This document shows positions 33,125-42,431 of a DNA stretch of 64,000 nt, piece by piece (the first letter of the stretch is position 1; the number at the start of each line of letters is the position of its first letter). This stretch comes from Acidimicrobiaceae bacterium (GTDB lineage: Bacteria > Actinomycetota > Acidimicrobiia > Acidimicrobiales > Bog-793): NCBI GenBank assembly GCA_003136185.1, contig PLDN01000108.1:7312-71311 (forward strand), in the 5' to 3' direction. The position numbers and the translations under genes are program-made. Under the pieces are notes generated by a model. That model did not search any database and was not told the DNA's origin. It saw only the letters and a program-made list of their open reading frames with translations.

Positions 33125-34207
33125 TCAAACCACCCCCATGGCCGCGGGCACGCCGGCAGCCTGATTCTCTTCCAGTGCTCGGACGCCTTCGGGCGTCCCG
33201 ACCGGATACCAACAGGCATACCAATGACGCGGAGCCTCGGCTTGGCGCAGCGGTGGCTCCTCCTCGCGGCACTTCGGTTGTACATAAGGACAGCGCGGAG
33301 CAAAGCGGCAGCCCTTCGGCAGGTTCGCCGGGTTGGGCGGGTTGCCCGGAATCGTGTGCAAGCGGGTGTGGCTCGGATTGGACAGCCGAGGTGCCGACTT
33401 GAGCAGCGCTTCGGTGTAGGGCATGCGGGCGTCGCGGAACAGGGTCGTAGTCGGCGCGCGCTCGACGACCTGTCCGGCGTACATCACGATCACGTCGTCG
33501 GAGCGGCCTGTGACCACGCCGAGGTCGTGGGTGACGATGATGACGGACATGTAGCGCTCCTGCTGGAGGCGGTTGAGCAGGTCCAAGATCTGCGCGGAGA
33601 CCGTCACGTCGAGACCGGTCGTGGGCTCGTCGGCAAGGAGGAGCTTTGGACCACACGCGATCGCAGCAGCGATGACGATCCGCTGGCACATGCCGCCTGA
33701 GAACTGGTGCGGGTACCACTGCATGCGGTTCTCAGGTTCGGGGATGCCGACGGAGCGGAACAGCGAGATCGCAGTCTCCTTCGCGTCTTGACGGCTCATC
33801 GCGAGGTGGTACCGGAGGGACTCGGTGATCTGGCGGCCCGCACGAACCACCGGGTTCAGCGATGTCACCGGGTCCTGGAAGACCATCGAGATCTGCGCGC
33901 CCCACAAGCCCCGCAGTTCCTGCGGTGAGGCGTTCGTGAGGTCGACGTCACCGAAGCGCACGCGGCCCTCTCGGATCACGTTCTGCGGAGGCAGCAGTCC
34001 CATGACAGAGCGGGAGAGCACGGTCTTGCCGGATCCGGACTCTCCGACGATGGCGAGCGTGCGGCCCCTCTCGAGGTCGAAACTCACCCCGTCGACGGAC
34101 TTCACGATGCCGTGCCCGGTCTGGAAGTAGGTCTTCAAGTTTTCGACCTCGAGAAGGGGTCGATCCTCGAGGTCGTCGATATCTCTTACGTGACGTTTAC
34201 GGCTCAC
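33125..34207 (-). CDS. Peptide/nickel-type ABC transporter ATP-binding protein (OppD/DppD-like)
   Basis: GESGSGKTVLSRSVMGLLP, VFQDPVTSLNP, FSGGMCQRIVIAAAI, LLADEPTTGLD, and C-terminal GCRFAPRCPYVQPKC...ACWYP. Confidence 0.9.
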   Translation of the reverse strand: MSRKRHVRDIDDLEDRPLLEVENLKTYFQTGHGIVKSVDGVSFDLERGRTLAIVGESGSGKTVLSRSVMGLLPPQNVIREGRVRFGDVDLTNASPQELRGLWGAQISMVFQDPVTSLNPVVRAGRQITESLRYHLAMSRQDAKETAISLFRSVGIPEPENRMQWYPHQFSGGMCQRIVIAAAIACGPKLLLADEPTTGLDVTVSAQILDLLNRLQQERYMSVIIVTHDLGVVTGRSDDVIVMYAGQVVERAPTTTLFRDARMPYTEALLKSAPRLSNPSHTRLHTIPGNPPNPANLPKGCRFAPRCPYVQPKCREEEPPLRQAEAPRHWYACWYPVGTPEGVRALEENQAAGVPAAMGVV

Positions 34208-35190
34208 AGCACGCCTTCCCGAACGTCGAGGGTGGACCGCAGGCGGTCACCGATGAAGTTGATCGCGAGGATGAACGAGAACATCGCGACGGCGGGCGCC
34301 AGCAACAGGTTCAGGTACTGGGGCATCTGAGTCATGCCGGCAGCAATCATGTTGCCCCACGTCGGGATCGGAGGGCCGACCGACTGTCCGAGGAACGACA
34401 GGGCGCCCTCTCCGACGATCGCGAGCGCTACTCCGACGAGGCTGTAGGTGATCGCGGCGGGAACGATGTCGGGCAGGATGATCTTCAACAGGATCCGGCT
34501 TCGTTTGGATCCGAGCGCTTGTGCAGCGAGGACGTACTCGCGTTGGCTGTACTCGATGGTGGCTGCGCGCACGACCCTGAAGAGCAATGGCCACGCCACG
34601 ATGGCGATGATGAGGACGATGTCGAATTCGGAGTTCCCAAGGAAGGACACGATCACGAGGCCGAGAACGAGCGACGGGAAGGACAAGAACACCGTCGAGA
34701 CGATGCTCCACACCTCGTCGAACCATCCCCCGAAGTAACCGGCGAGCGCTCCGAGCGGGCCGCCGACCACGAAGGAGAGTGCAATCGACGCGAACCCGAC
34801 GATGAGCGAGACTCGAGAGCCGTAGATCACGCGGGACAATATGTCGCGGCCGATCGTGTCGCAGCCGAGAAGATGACTGGCGCTCGGGCCCGCGCCGGAG
34901 CCGAGGCAGTTGAAGTTGATCGTGTCTGGGTTCTGGATCGGCAACACGCCGGCGAAGATCGCGAGAAGCACCCAGATCACTGCCACGGCGACGGCAACCC
35001 AGAAGCCCCATCCAAGGCCTTGGTACCAGGCACGACCCACGGCAACGCTGTCGTCGCGGAGCGTTGGATCGGAAGCGAATATTGCAGCGCCGAGTGTCGC
35101 GGGCATCTCGAAGGGCGCCTCCGAGGTGAGATCCGTTAGGCCAAGGAGGTCCTTCGACGCGTGTGAGTCGGGATCATGTAGTTCTGGCAC
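34204..35190 (-). CDS. ABC transporter permease (OppC/DppC-like)
   Basis: HLLGCDTIGRDILSRVIYGSRVSL and the EAA-type loop AAQALGSKRSRILLKIILPD. The stop overlaps the oppD-like start by 4 nt. Confidence 0.88.
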   Translation of the reverse strand: MPELHDPDSHASKDLLGLTDLTSEAPFEMPATLGAAIFASDPTLRDDSVAVGRAWYQGLGWGFWVAVAVAVIWVLLAIFAGVLPIQNPDTINFNCLGSGAGPSASHLLGCDTIGRDILSRVIYGSRVSLIVGFASIALSFVVGGPLGALAGYFGGWFDEVWSIVSTVFLSFPSLVLGLVIVSFLGNSEFDIVLIIAIVAWPLLFRVVRAATIEYSQREYVLAAQALGSKRSRILLKIILPDIVPAAITYSLVGVALAIVGEGALSFLGQSVGPPIPTWGNMIAAGMTQMPQYLNLLLAPAVAMFSFILAINFIGDRLRSTLDVREGVL

Positions 35191-36133
35191 GGCGCACCCT
35201 TGGATCGATGACTGTGTACAGGAAATCGATGATCAAGTTCATCAAGATGTAAGCGACGGCCACGATGACCGTGATGATCTGGACCGTCGGCAGGTCGGCC
35301 TTCGTGACGGCGAGGACCAGCTGGTAGCCCAGACCGGTCAGTCCGAAGACCTGCTCCCCGATGATGGCTCCCACGATGAGCGACCCAATCTGGACGCCCC
35401 CGACGGTCATGACCGTGAAGGTCGAAGGCCGGAGGGCGTGGCGGAACAGGATCCTCCACGTCGTGAGCCCCTTCGCACGGGCCATGACGATGAAGTCCTC
35501 TTCGAGAGTGGCGATCATATCGGCGCGCAGTAGGCGCTGATAGACAGCGATCGACCCGACAGCGATCGTGAGCGACGGTAGGAACATCACGTAGAGGTTC
35601 TGAGCCGGGTTGACGCCAATCGACGGCATCGTGGATCCGGCTCCCGGGAACCAGGGCAGCTTGACCGTGAAGAAGTAGCGGAGCAGTGGTCCGACGATGA
35701 AAGCCGGCAGCGACAAAGTCGCGAAGGTTGCGGCCGTCGACATGCGGTCGAAAACTTTGTTAGGTCGCACTGCGCTGTACATAGCGAGCGGAACCGCCAC
35801 CACGATAGCGATGAGTTGGCTGAAGATTACGAGCTCGAGCGTGATCGGATACGACTGCTTGAGAAGCGTCGCAATCGGTTCCGTGGGTGCGGCGGAGAGC
35901 CCGAAGGTGCCGGAGAAGAGATTTCCGAGCCAGTGCAAGTAGCGCGGGAAGAAGGGGTGGTTCAAATAGAGAAGCGCACCTTCCTTCGCCAGACATGCTG
36001 GCCCGGCAGGCCCACAGATCACGGCGGCTTCGTTGCCGGGCAGTTTCGAAGTGAAGAAGAACGTAACGAGCGTCACGAGGACCAGCGTGACGATGATTTC
36101 GAGGACGCGCCGAACAACGACGAGCTTGGACAA
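35174..36133 (-). CDS. ABC transporter permease (OppB/DppB-like)
   Basis: N-terminal VVRRVLEIIVTLVLVTLVTFF and the EAA loop DFIVMARAKGLTTWRILFRHALRPS. 319 aa. Confidence 0.88.
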   Translation of the reverse strand: MSKLVVVRRVLEIIVTLVLVTLVTFFFTSKLPGNEAAVICGPAGPACLAKEGALLYLNHPFFPRYLHWLGNLFSGTFGLSAAPTEPIATLLKQSYPITLELVIFSQLIAIVVAVPLAMYSAVRPNKVFDRMSTAATFATLSLPAFIVGPLLRYFFTVKLPWFPGAGSTMPSIGVNPAQNLYVMFLPSLTIAVGSIAVYQRLLRADMIATLEEDFIVMARAKGLTTWRILFRHALRPSTFTVMTVGGVQIGSLIVGAIIGEQVFGLTGLGYQLVLAVTKADLPTVQIITVIVAVAYILMNLIIDFLYTVIDPRVRRARTT

Positions 36134-36277
36134 CAGAACCCCCTTTCAGCTTGCCGATGCTACTTCTTGAGCGCCGGTTCGTGCATTTCGTTGCCTTCCT
36201 CCCGAGATGGCGCTGGAATCATCTCGATTTGCCCGCGTTCTAGCGCCGTTGCTCGGCCTTTCAGGTACTACTGCTTA

Positions 36278-37975
36278 CTAGCTCTTCACCCAGACCTCGG
36301 TGGGCCAGACCGTCCCTGCCAACATCGACAAACCGCGCTTGCCCGATGGCGATGTCGGGTTGTTCCAGTTCTGGACGGCGTTGTTGGCAGCTACGTACCA
36401 GACGTCTCGCGCGTAGTAGATGTACGGCAGGTCGACGGCCAATCGCTGGTCGATCTCCTCGTAAGAGCTGAGCTGCACGTTCGGGTCCGTGGACTGCCGA
36501 GCGGCGTCTAGAGCCTTTTGGATCTTCGGGTCGATGTTGCGGGCGAAGTTGATCGGTCCAGATGTCGTTGCCCAGAAGACGTAGTTGAGGTCGGGCTGGA
36601 CGTTGGAGAACTGGCGCCAGGAGAAGACCTGGTACGTGCCAACGAGAGCGTCGGTGATCAGTGCCGCCTGCTGCACCGTCGTCACCTTGACCTTGAAGCC
36701 GGCCGCCTGCCACATCGCCTGGACGACTGAGGCATCGTAGAGCGATGTCTCAGTCGGGGTGGTCGTGTAGGTGATCGACGGCGCGTCGCCTCGGTGGTCC
36801 TTCATCCACGACGCGACGAGCGACTTCGCCTTCGAAAGGTTGTAGCTGGGATAGCCCGTCGTCGACGCGTAGGGGCTTGGCTTCGGGAAGAGCCCGTCGG
36901 TGGAGGTGATGATCTTCTGGCCGATTACGTCGATGTACTCCTTCTGGCTCGTCGCGTATGCGAGCGCCTGGCGAAGCCGTAAGTCCTTCATCGTCGGGTC
37001 GCTGCAGTTGATCATCGCGAACCCGATGTCGGGCTCGCCGACCAACAGCTCGTTGTCGCCGATCGACGTCATGTTCTTATTCGCGTCGATGAGGAGGATC
37101 GTCGGGTCGTCATCGGTGTGCATCATCTGGATATTGTTGGATTGCAGCTCGCTGTAGCGTGTCGACACGGTCGGCTGAGGCTTGAAGGTCCAGCTGTCGA
37201 GGTAAGGAAGCCCCTTGCGCCAGTAATTCTGGTTCTTCGTAAGGGTGAAGTGGCTGCCGAGTACCCAATCCTGGTATACGAAGGGCCCAGTGCCAACCGG
37301 GTGGATGTTGAACTCGGACTCGCTCTTTTTGAAGGCGGTCGGCGAGAACATGTAGGCGATCTGTCCCCCGATGTAGCCGGCCAGCCAGTAGTTGAAGGGC
37401 ACCCAGGGCGCTTCCATGTTCATCTGGATCGTGAGATCGTCGACGAGGGTGACGGCTGCCGGCGGGTTCTTTACGTCCATGTAGTTGGTGAACGCGAAGT
37501 TCGTGAGCGAGGATTTCAGGAATGCCCGCATGCAGAAGAGCATCGCTTTGCCGTCACACGGAGTGCCGTCGTGGAAGAGGACTCCGGGGCGCACCTTGAT
37601 CCGCCACTTCGTGTACGTCGAGTTGGGTGTGATCGACTCCGCAAGATATGGCTCGAGGCTGCCGTCCTCGAGGATCATCGCGAGCGGGTCGAAGACAGCG
37701 CGGGCGTAACAGACCCCGGTCTGGTCGAAGTGCGCCTGGGTCGGGTCCATCCCTGTCTCTTCGGCTTCGGTGCCGAATGCGACCGAGCCCCCAAGCGTCG
37801 GCTTGGCGTTGTTGACGCCCACGACAAGCGCCTTTTTCTTCGTAAGGGTCGTCAGCGTCGTCGCCTTGCTGCTCCCGCAGGCGTCGAGCAAAGTCCCACC
37901 AATTCCGGCGGCGCCTAAAGCTGCGCCAGCCTTAAGGCCACCTGCAAGAAACCTACGACGGTCGATGTTTGACAC
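36278..37975 (-). CDS. ABC transporter substrate-binding lipoprotein, family 5 (peptide/nickel), Tat-type signal
   Basis: GTG 37975 is preceded by AAGGGAGGGGAAG. The protein starts VSNIDRRRFLAGGLKAGAALGAAGIGGTLLDAC|GSS (twin-Arg plus lipobox). The SBP_bac_5-like body includes WRIKVRPGVLFHDGTPCDG. Confidence 0.88.
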   Translation of the reverse strand: MSNIDRRRFLAGGLKAGAALGAAGIGGTLLDACGSSKATTLTTLTKKKALVVGVNNAKPTLGGSVAFGTEAEETGMDPTQAHFDQTGVCYARAVFDPLAMILEDGSLEPYLAESITPNSTYTKWRIKVRPGVLFHDGTPCDGKAMLFCMRAFLKSSLTNFAFTNYMDVKNPPAAVTLVDDLTIQMNMEAPWVPFNYWLAGYIGGQIAYMFSPTAFKKSESEFNIHPVGTGPFVYQDWVLGSHFTLTKNQNYWRKGLPYLDSWTFKPQPTVSTRYSELQSNNIQMMHTDDDPTILLIDANKNMTSIGDNELLVGEPDIGFAMINCSDPTMKDLRLRQALAYATSQKEYIDVIGQKIITSTDGLFPKPSPYASTTGYPSYNLSKAKSLVASWMKDHRGDAPSITYTTTPTETSLYDASVVQAMWQAAGFKVKVTTVQQAALITDALVGTYQVFSWRQFSNVQPDLNYVFWATTSGPINFARNIDPKIQKALDAARQSTDPNVQLSSYEEIDQRLAVDLPYIYYARDVWYVAANNAVQNWNNPTSPSGKRGLSMLAGTVWPTEVWVKS

Positions 37976-38007
37976 GTCTTCCCCTCCCTTGGAATGTGAC
38001 AGTGATA

Positions 38008-38021
38008 TTACGCGCGCGTAA
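38008..38021. promoter_or_regulatory. 14-nt perfect palindrome in the divergent opp / GT-C promoter region
   Basis: TTACGCGCGCGTAA (alternating CG core), in the locally AT-richer 143-nt gap between start codons 37975 (-) and 38119 (+). Confidence 0.35.
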
Positions 38022-38118
38022 CTGATAGCGGGGGACCAATCGACGATTTCGTGACCTAAGTAACACACGGCGTGCGTGACCTGGCCATTCGCTGGGGGCG
38101 GAGCGGTACGATCCCCGG

Positions 38119-39720
38119 GTGCATCCGGACGAACCGCTCGCGAGCCCGGCCCGCGCCTCTTCCAAACTCCTGAAGGCCGCGGTTTGCGCGGTTCTCGTAG
38201 GGGCGGTTGCGCTGCGGTTCTTGACGAAGTCGCCCCTTTGGCTGGACGAGGCGCTCACGGTGAACATCTCCAAGGCGCCTCTCTCCCAGATCCCAGGTCT
38301 GCTCAAAGATGACGGGGCGCCCCCGCTCTACTACTTCCTTTTGCACTTTTGGATGAAGGCGTTCGGAACTGGTGACGTCGCGACGCGCTCACTCGCCGGA
38401 GTGATCGGCGTCATCAATCTTCCGATCGCTTGGCTGACCGGCTACCGCGTCGGCTCGCGATGGTGGTTGCTCGAGGAGGCTCCTCCCGAGGAACGGAAAG
38501 CTCGTGAGGCACGCGGACGTGTGACGGCCTGGTCGGTGACGCTGCTGCTCGCGAGCTCGCCTTTCGCCGTCTACTACGACACCGAAGCCCGCATGTACGG
38601 CCTGGTCCTGCTCCTCGGCACTCTCGGCGTGCTCGTGATCACGTCTCTCCTGCGTCACCCGACCTGGAGAGGTTCGCTAGCCCTTGGGGTTGTTGCGGCT
38701 GGCCTTTTGTACAGCCACTACTGGGCTCTCTACGTCTGTCTCGTGACCGGGGCGGGAGCGGTTTGGTGCGCGTGGCGAGGGCCTCACGTCAAGTCGGCCC
38801 GCTACGCCTTGGCGGGATTCGTGCTCGCGGCTGTGGCGTGGCTTCCGTGGGTACCCACATTCTTGTACCAGGTGCGGCATACCGGGACTCCTTGGGCGGC
38901 GCCCGCCGGGGCGTCGGTCATCATCTTCACTGTCACCCAGTTCGCTGGTGGCGCTTCGGCCGCCGGCAGGGCTCTCGCGCTCGTGTTCTTCTTCCTCGCC
39001 CTGCTCGCCATCTTCGGGAAGGCATACGACCGGTACCACGTGCTCTTGGATCTGCGTTCCCGACCGGGCGTGAGGGCGCTCGCTGTAACGATGATCGCGA
39101 CGCTCGTCGTTGCCATCATCGCCGGCAAGCTCTCGGGCAGCACGTTCGCAGACCGCTACACCTCGGTAATCGCCTTTCCGGCGCTGCTTGTCTTCGCATA
39201 CGGGGTGACGACACTCGAGGACCGGCGCGTCCGGACCGGCGTGCTTGCGGTCGCGGTGGCGTTGGGACTCGCCGCCTCTATCCCGAACGCGACGATTCTC
39301 CGAACCGAGGCGGGTCAGGTCGCCGCCGCGATCACGGCCGACGCCCACCCGGGAGATGTGGTGGCGTACTGCCCGGACCAGCTCGGACCGTCGGTGAGTC
39401 GCCTGCTCGGAAATGGCTACAAACAGATCACATTTCCGCGCGCTACCTCGCCGCAGATCGTCGACTGGGTCGACTACATCTCGACCGTCCAGCACGCCAG
39501 CACCTTCCGGTTCGCTCACCTTGTCGACCGGCTGTCCGGCAATCACACGATTTGGTACGTCACCGCGCCGGCTTACCAGGGTTTTGGCAACGACTGCCAA
39601 GACATCCTGATCGACCTCGCCGCGAACCACGCCGAACACAACGTCGTGGCGAGTGCCCCGGCCGACACGCCCTTCGAGATCTACGAAGGCATCTCGCTTG
39701 ACCGGTTCACGCCGCGGTGA
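38119..39720 (+). CDS. GT-C fold glycosyltransferase, ArnT/PMT (family 39/83)-like
   Basis: About 12 predicted TM helices. The first-loop motif reads SPLWLDEALTVNIS ... DDGAPPLYYFLLHFWMKAFG (PMT_2-like), followed by a C-terminal soluble domain of ~150 aa. Confidence 0.75.
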   Translation: MHPDEPLASPARASSKLLKAAVCAVLVGAVALRFLTKSPLWLDEALTVNISKAPLSQIPGLLKDDGAPPLYYFLLHFWMKAFGTGDVATRSLAGVIGVINLPIAWLTGYRVGSRWWLLEEAPPEERKAREARGRVTAWSVTLLLASSPFAVYYDTEARMYGLVLLLGTLGVLVITSLLRHPTWRGSLALGVVAAGLLYSHYWALYVCLVTGAGAVWCAWRGPHVKSARYALAGFVLAAVAWLPWVPTFLYQVRHTGTPWAAPAGASVIIFTVTQFAGGASAAGRALALVFFFLALLAIFGKAYDRYHVLLDLRSRPGVRALAVTMIATLVVAIIAGKLSGSTFADRYTSVIAFPALLVFAYGVTTLEDRRVRTGVLAVAVALGLAASIPNATILRTEAGQVAAAITADAHPGDVVAYCPDQLGPSVSRLLGNGYKQITFPRATSPQIVDWVDYISTVQHASTFRFAHLVDRLSGNHTIWYVTAPAYQGFGNDCQDILIDLAANHAEHNVVASAPADTPFEIYEGISLDRFTPR

Positions 39721-40880
39721 GCTCGTACGCCGGCACACGCAGGGGGGTCGCCGTCATCGAATCGGTGCGCGCTTCCGTCCTGCCTTTCTGTGTGTCGCGG
39801 GCGATCGTCCTCGCCGCCCTTGGGATAGCACGGTTCCTCGTCGACCAACTTGGGCCCTCGCTCAGGAGTGCAACAGGCGCGAAGGCGATCGGGACCAGCC
39901 ACTCCGGCCTGCTCTCGTGGGACGCCGCGTGGTACCTGCGCATCGCGGAAGTGGGGTACGGAGGAGCGGGGAAACAGGCGCTGCGTTTCTTTCCGTTGTT
40001 CCCGTTGCTCGGACGGCTGGTCGGGTCACTGCCCGGGATCTCCTATGGCACCGCACTGGTCGTGCTTGCAAACGTGTTCGGGTTCGGGGCGCTCGTCCTC
40101 CTGCACGCACTCGTATCTCGCGAGTCGCTCGGGCACGAGACGGCGGAACGGTCGATCTGGATCCTCTCGCTCTGGCCGGCTGCGTTCGTCCTCGTGATGG
40201 GCTACGCCGAGTCCCTGTTGCTTTGCCTCACGATCGCTGCTTTCTTGTGCTGGCGGACGGGCCGCTGGTGGTGGTCGATCGTGCCGGCGTACTTCGCCGG
40301 CCTCTGCAGACCAGTCGGCGTCCTGCTGGCGCTCCCGGCTCTCGTAGAGGCGGTCAGCTGGTGGCGCTCGAGTGGCCATCGCTCGCTCGGTTCGGCGTCG
40401 AGCCGTTTGCTGGCGATCGCGGCGGCACCAGCCGGCATGGTGACCTACCTTGCCTGGTCGGCGGCGACGCACGGCAGCTTCTTCGAACCACTGAGCGAGC
40501 AGACCTCCCGTCTCCATCGTGGCGGGATCAGCGACCCGATAGCGACCTTGCTGCACGACACGAGCGACCTCGTGCACGGCCACCATCTCGGAACCGCCCT
40601 TCACGCCCCGTTTGCAGCTCTGTTCGTCATCCTCACCATCTACCTCTTCTTCAGGCTGCCGGCGGCGTACGGCCTATATGCCGCAGCCACGATGGCCGTA
40701 GCGCTCACCGCTCCCAACCTCGACTCGCTCGAGCGCTACGGCCTTGCCTGCTTCCCACTTGCCATCGCGGCGGGGTGCCTGACGGAGCGCCCAATGGTGC
40801 AGCGAGTGGTGCTGAGCGGCATGGGTGCCCTCCTCACCGCGTACGCGCTCCTTGCCTTCCTCGGGTTGTACGTCCCTTGA
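39717..40880 (+). CDS. Polytopic mannosyltransferase-like membrane protein (PIG-V / Mannosyl_trans2-like)
   Basis: GTG overlaps the upstream stop (GTGA). Signature SGLLSWDAAWYLRIAEVGYGG...ALRFFPLFPLLGR, followed by ~8 TM helices. Confidence 0.65.
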   Translation: MSSYAGTRRGVAVIESVRASVLPFCVSRAIVLAALGIARFLVDQLGPSLRSATGAKAIGTSHSGLLSWDAAWYLRIAEVGYGGAGKQALRFFPLFPLLGRLVGSLPGISYGTALVVLANVFGFGALVLLHALVSRESLGHETAERSIWILSLWPAAFVLVMGYAESLLLCLTIAAFLCWRTGRWWWSIVPAYFAGLCRPVGVLLALPALVEAVSWWRSSGHRSLGSASSRLLAIAAAPAGMVTYLAWSAATHGSFFEPLSEQTSRLHRGGISDPIATLLHDTSDLVHGHHLGTALHAPFAALFVILTIYLFFRLPAAYGLYAAATMAVALTAPNLDSLERYGLACFPLAIAAGCLTERPMVQRVVLSGMGALLTAYALLAFLGLYVP

Positions 40881-40925
40881 CCCGCAACGTCGATGAACCG
40901 CGGAGCGAGCGTGAAGTGAAAGAAT

Positions 40926-42431
40926 GTGGTCATGGCAGCGGCTTCTGACGACTCGCGCGCGCCCGAGAACGTCGTTGTAATCGGCGCCGGCCCGGCGGGC
41001 CTTACCGCTGCGTACGCTCTCGGTCGCCGGGGCGGCCACTGCATCGTCGTTGAGGCGGACACGGTCGTTGGTGGAATCTCGCGTACAGCCGAGCGGGAGG
41101 GATGGCGGTTCGACATCGGCGGGCACCGTTTCTTCACCAAGGTCCGCGAGGTCGAGGAGCTGTGGCACGAGATCCTCGGACCGGAGGATTTCCTCCTCCG
41201 TCCGCGCCTCAGCCGGATATACCACGACGGGAAGTTCTTCGACTACCCGATCCAGCTCGGGAACGCGGTGAAGGGACTCGGTCTGGTCGAGTCGTTCAAG
41301 TGCGGGGTCTCGTACGTCTGGGTCCGCATCAAGCGTCCGAAGAACACCGACACCTTCGAGGGATGGGTCGCGTCCAGGTTCGGTTGGCGGCTCTACAACA
41401 AGTTCTTCAAGACCTACACCGAGAAGGTCTGGGGAGTCCCTGCGACGGAGATCCAGGCTGACTGGGCGGCGCAGCGGATCAAGAACCTCTCCCTCTGGAA
41501 GGCCGTGTTGAACGCGGTAACCCCGCACAAGAAGACGAACGTCACGTCGCTCATCGAGGAGTTCGAGTACCCGAAGCTCGGTCCAGGGATGATGTGGGAG
41601 CGCGCTACCGAGCTCGTGCTCGACCAGGGCTCGGAGGTCCGGATGTCAACGTGGGTGACGCGTATCCGGCGGGAGCCCGGCCGGGCGGTCGCGGTCGACC
41701 TCGAGTCACCTGGCGGTGTCTGCTCGGAGCTTCCGGTCGATCACGTTGTCTCGTCCATGCCCCTCGCCGAGCTCGCCCTCATCCTCGACCCGCCGGCGCC
41801 GGAGGACGTCCAGCAAGCCGCCAAGGGCCTCCACTTCCGGGACTTCCTGACGGTCGCGCTCGTAGTGCCGAAGGACCGGGGCTTTCCCGACAACTGGATC
41901 TACGTGCACGACAAAGTGAAGCTCGGTCGCATTCAGAACTTCGGTTCGTGGTCACCGGAGATGGTGAAGGACGGACGGACCTGCCTCGGTCTCGAGTACT
42001 TCGTCTTCGAAGGCGACGAACTGTGGACGATGGAGGACCAAGATCTGGTCGCTCTCGGCAAACGCGAGCTCTCCGCTATCGGGCTCGTGCGCGAAGAAGA
42101 CGTCGAGATGGGCTTCGTCGTGCGGATGCCGAAGGCGTACCCGGTCTACGACGAGGGCTACGCCACACGCGTCGAGACGATCCGCGGCTTCCTCGCGGAC
42201 GAGGTGCCGAACGTACACCCGGTGGGGCGTAACGGGATGCACCGTTACAACAACCAGGACCACTCGATGCTCACAGCGCTGCTCACCGTCGAGAACCTGT
42301 TCGGTGAGGACTACGACACCTGGTCGGTCAACGTCGAAGCGGATTATCACGAAGAGCAGGTAGGGCGAAAGGGAGAAGCGCAGAGGGTGGGCACTGGGCG
42401 CTCGGCCCCGGTGGCGCCAACCAAGGCGTGA
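40926..42431 (+). CDS. FAD-dependent oxidoreductase (amine-oxidase / UDP-galactopyranose-mutase-like fold)
   Basis: Dinucleotide motif VVVIGAGPAGLTAAYAL...VVEADTVVGG, IGGHRFFTK, and C-terminal HPVGRNGMHRYNNQDHSMLTAL. Confidence 0.75.
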   Translation: MVMAAASDDSRAPENVVVIGAGPAGLTAAYALGRRGGHCIVVEADTVVGGISRTAEREGWRFDIGGHRFFTKVREVEELWHEILGPEDFLLRPRLSRIYHDGKFFDYPIQLGNAVKGLGLVESFKCGVSYVWVRIKRPKNTDTFEGWVASRFGWRLYNKFFKTYTEKVWGVPATEIQADWAAQRIKNLSLWKAVLNAVTPHKKTNVTSLIEEFEYPKLGPGMMWERATELVLDQGSEVRMSTWVTRIRREPGRAVAVDLESPGGVCSELPVDHVVSSMPLAELALILDPPAPEDVQQAAKGLHFRDFLTVALVVPKDRGFPDNWIYVHDKVKLGRIQNFGSWSPEMVKDGRTCLGLEYFVFEGDELWTMEDQDLVALGKRELSAIGLVREEDVEMGFVVRMPKAYPVYDEGYATRVETIRGFLADEVPNVHPVGRNGMHRYNNQDHSMLTALLTVENLFGEDYDTWSVNVEADYHEEQVGRKGEAQRVGTGRSAPVAPTKA

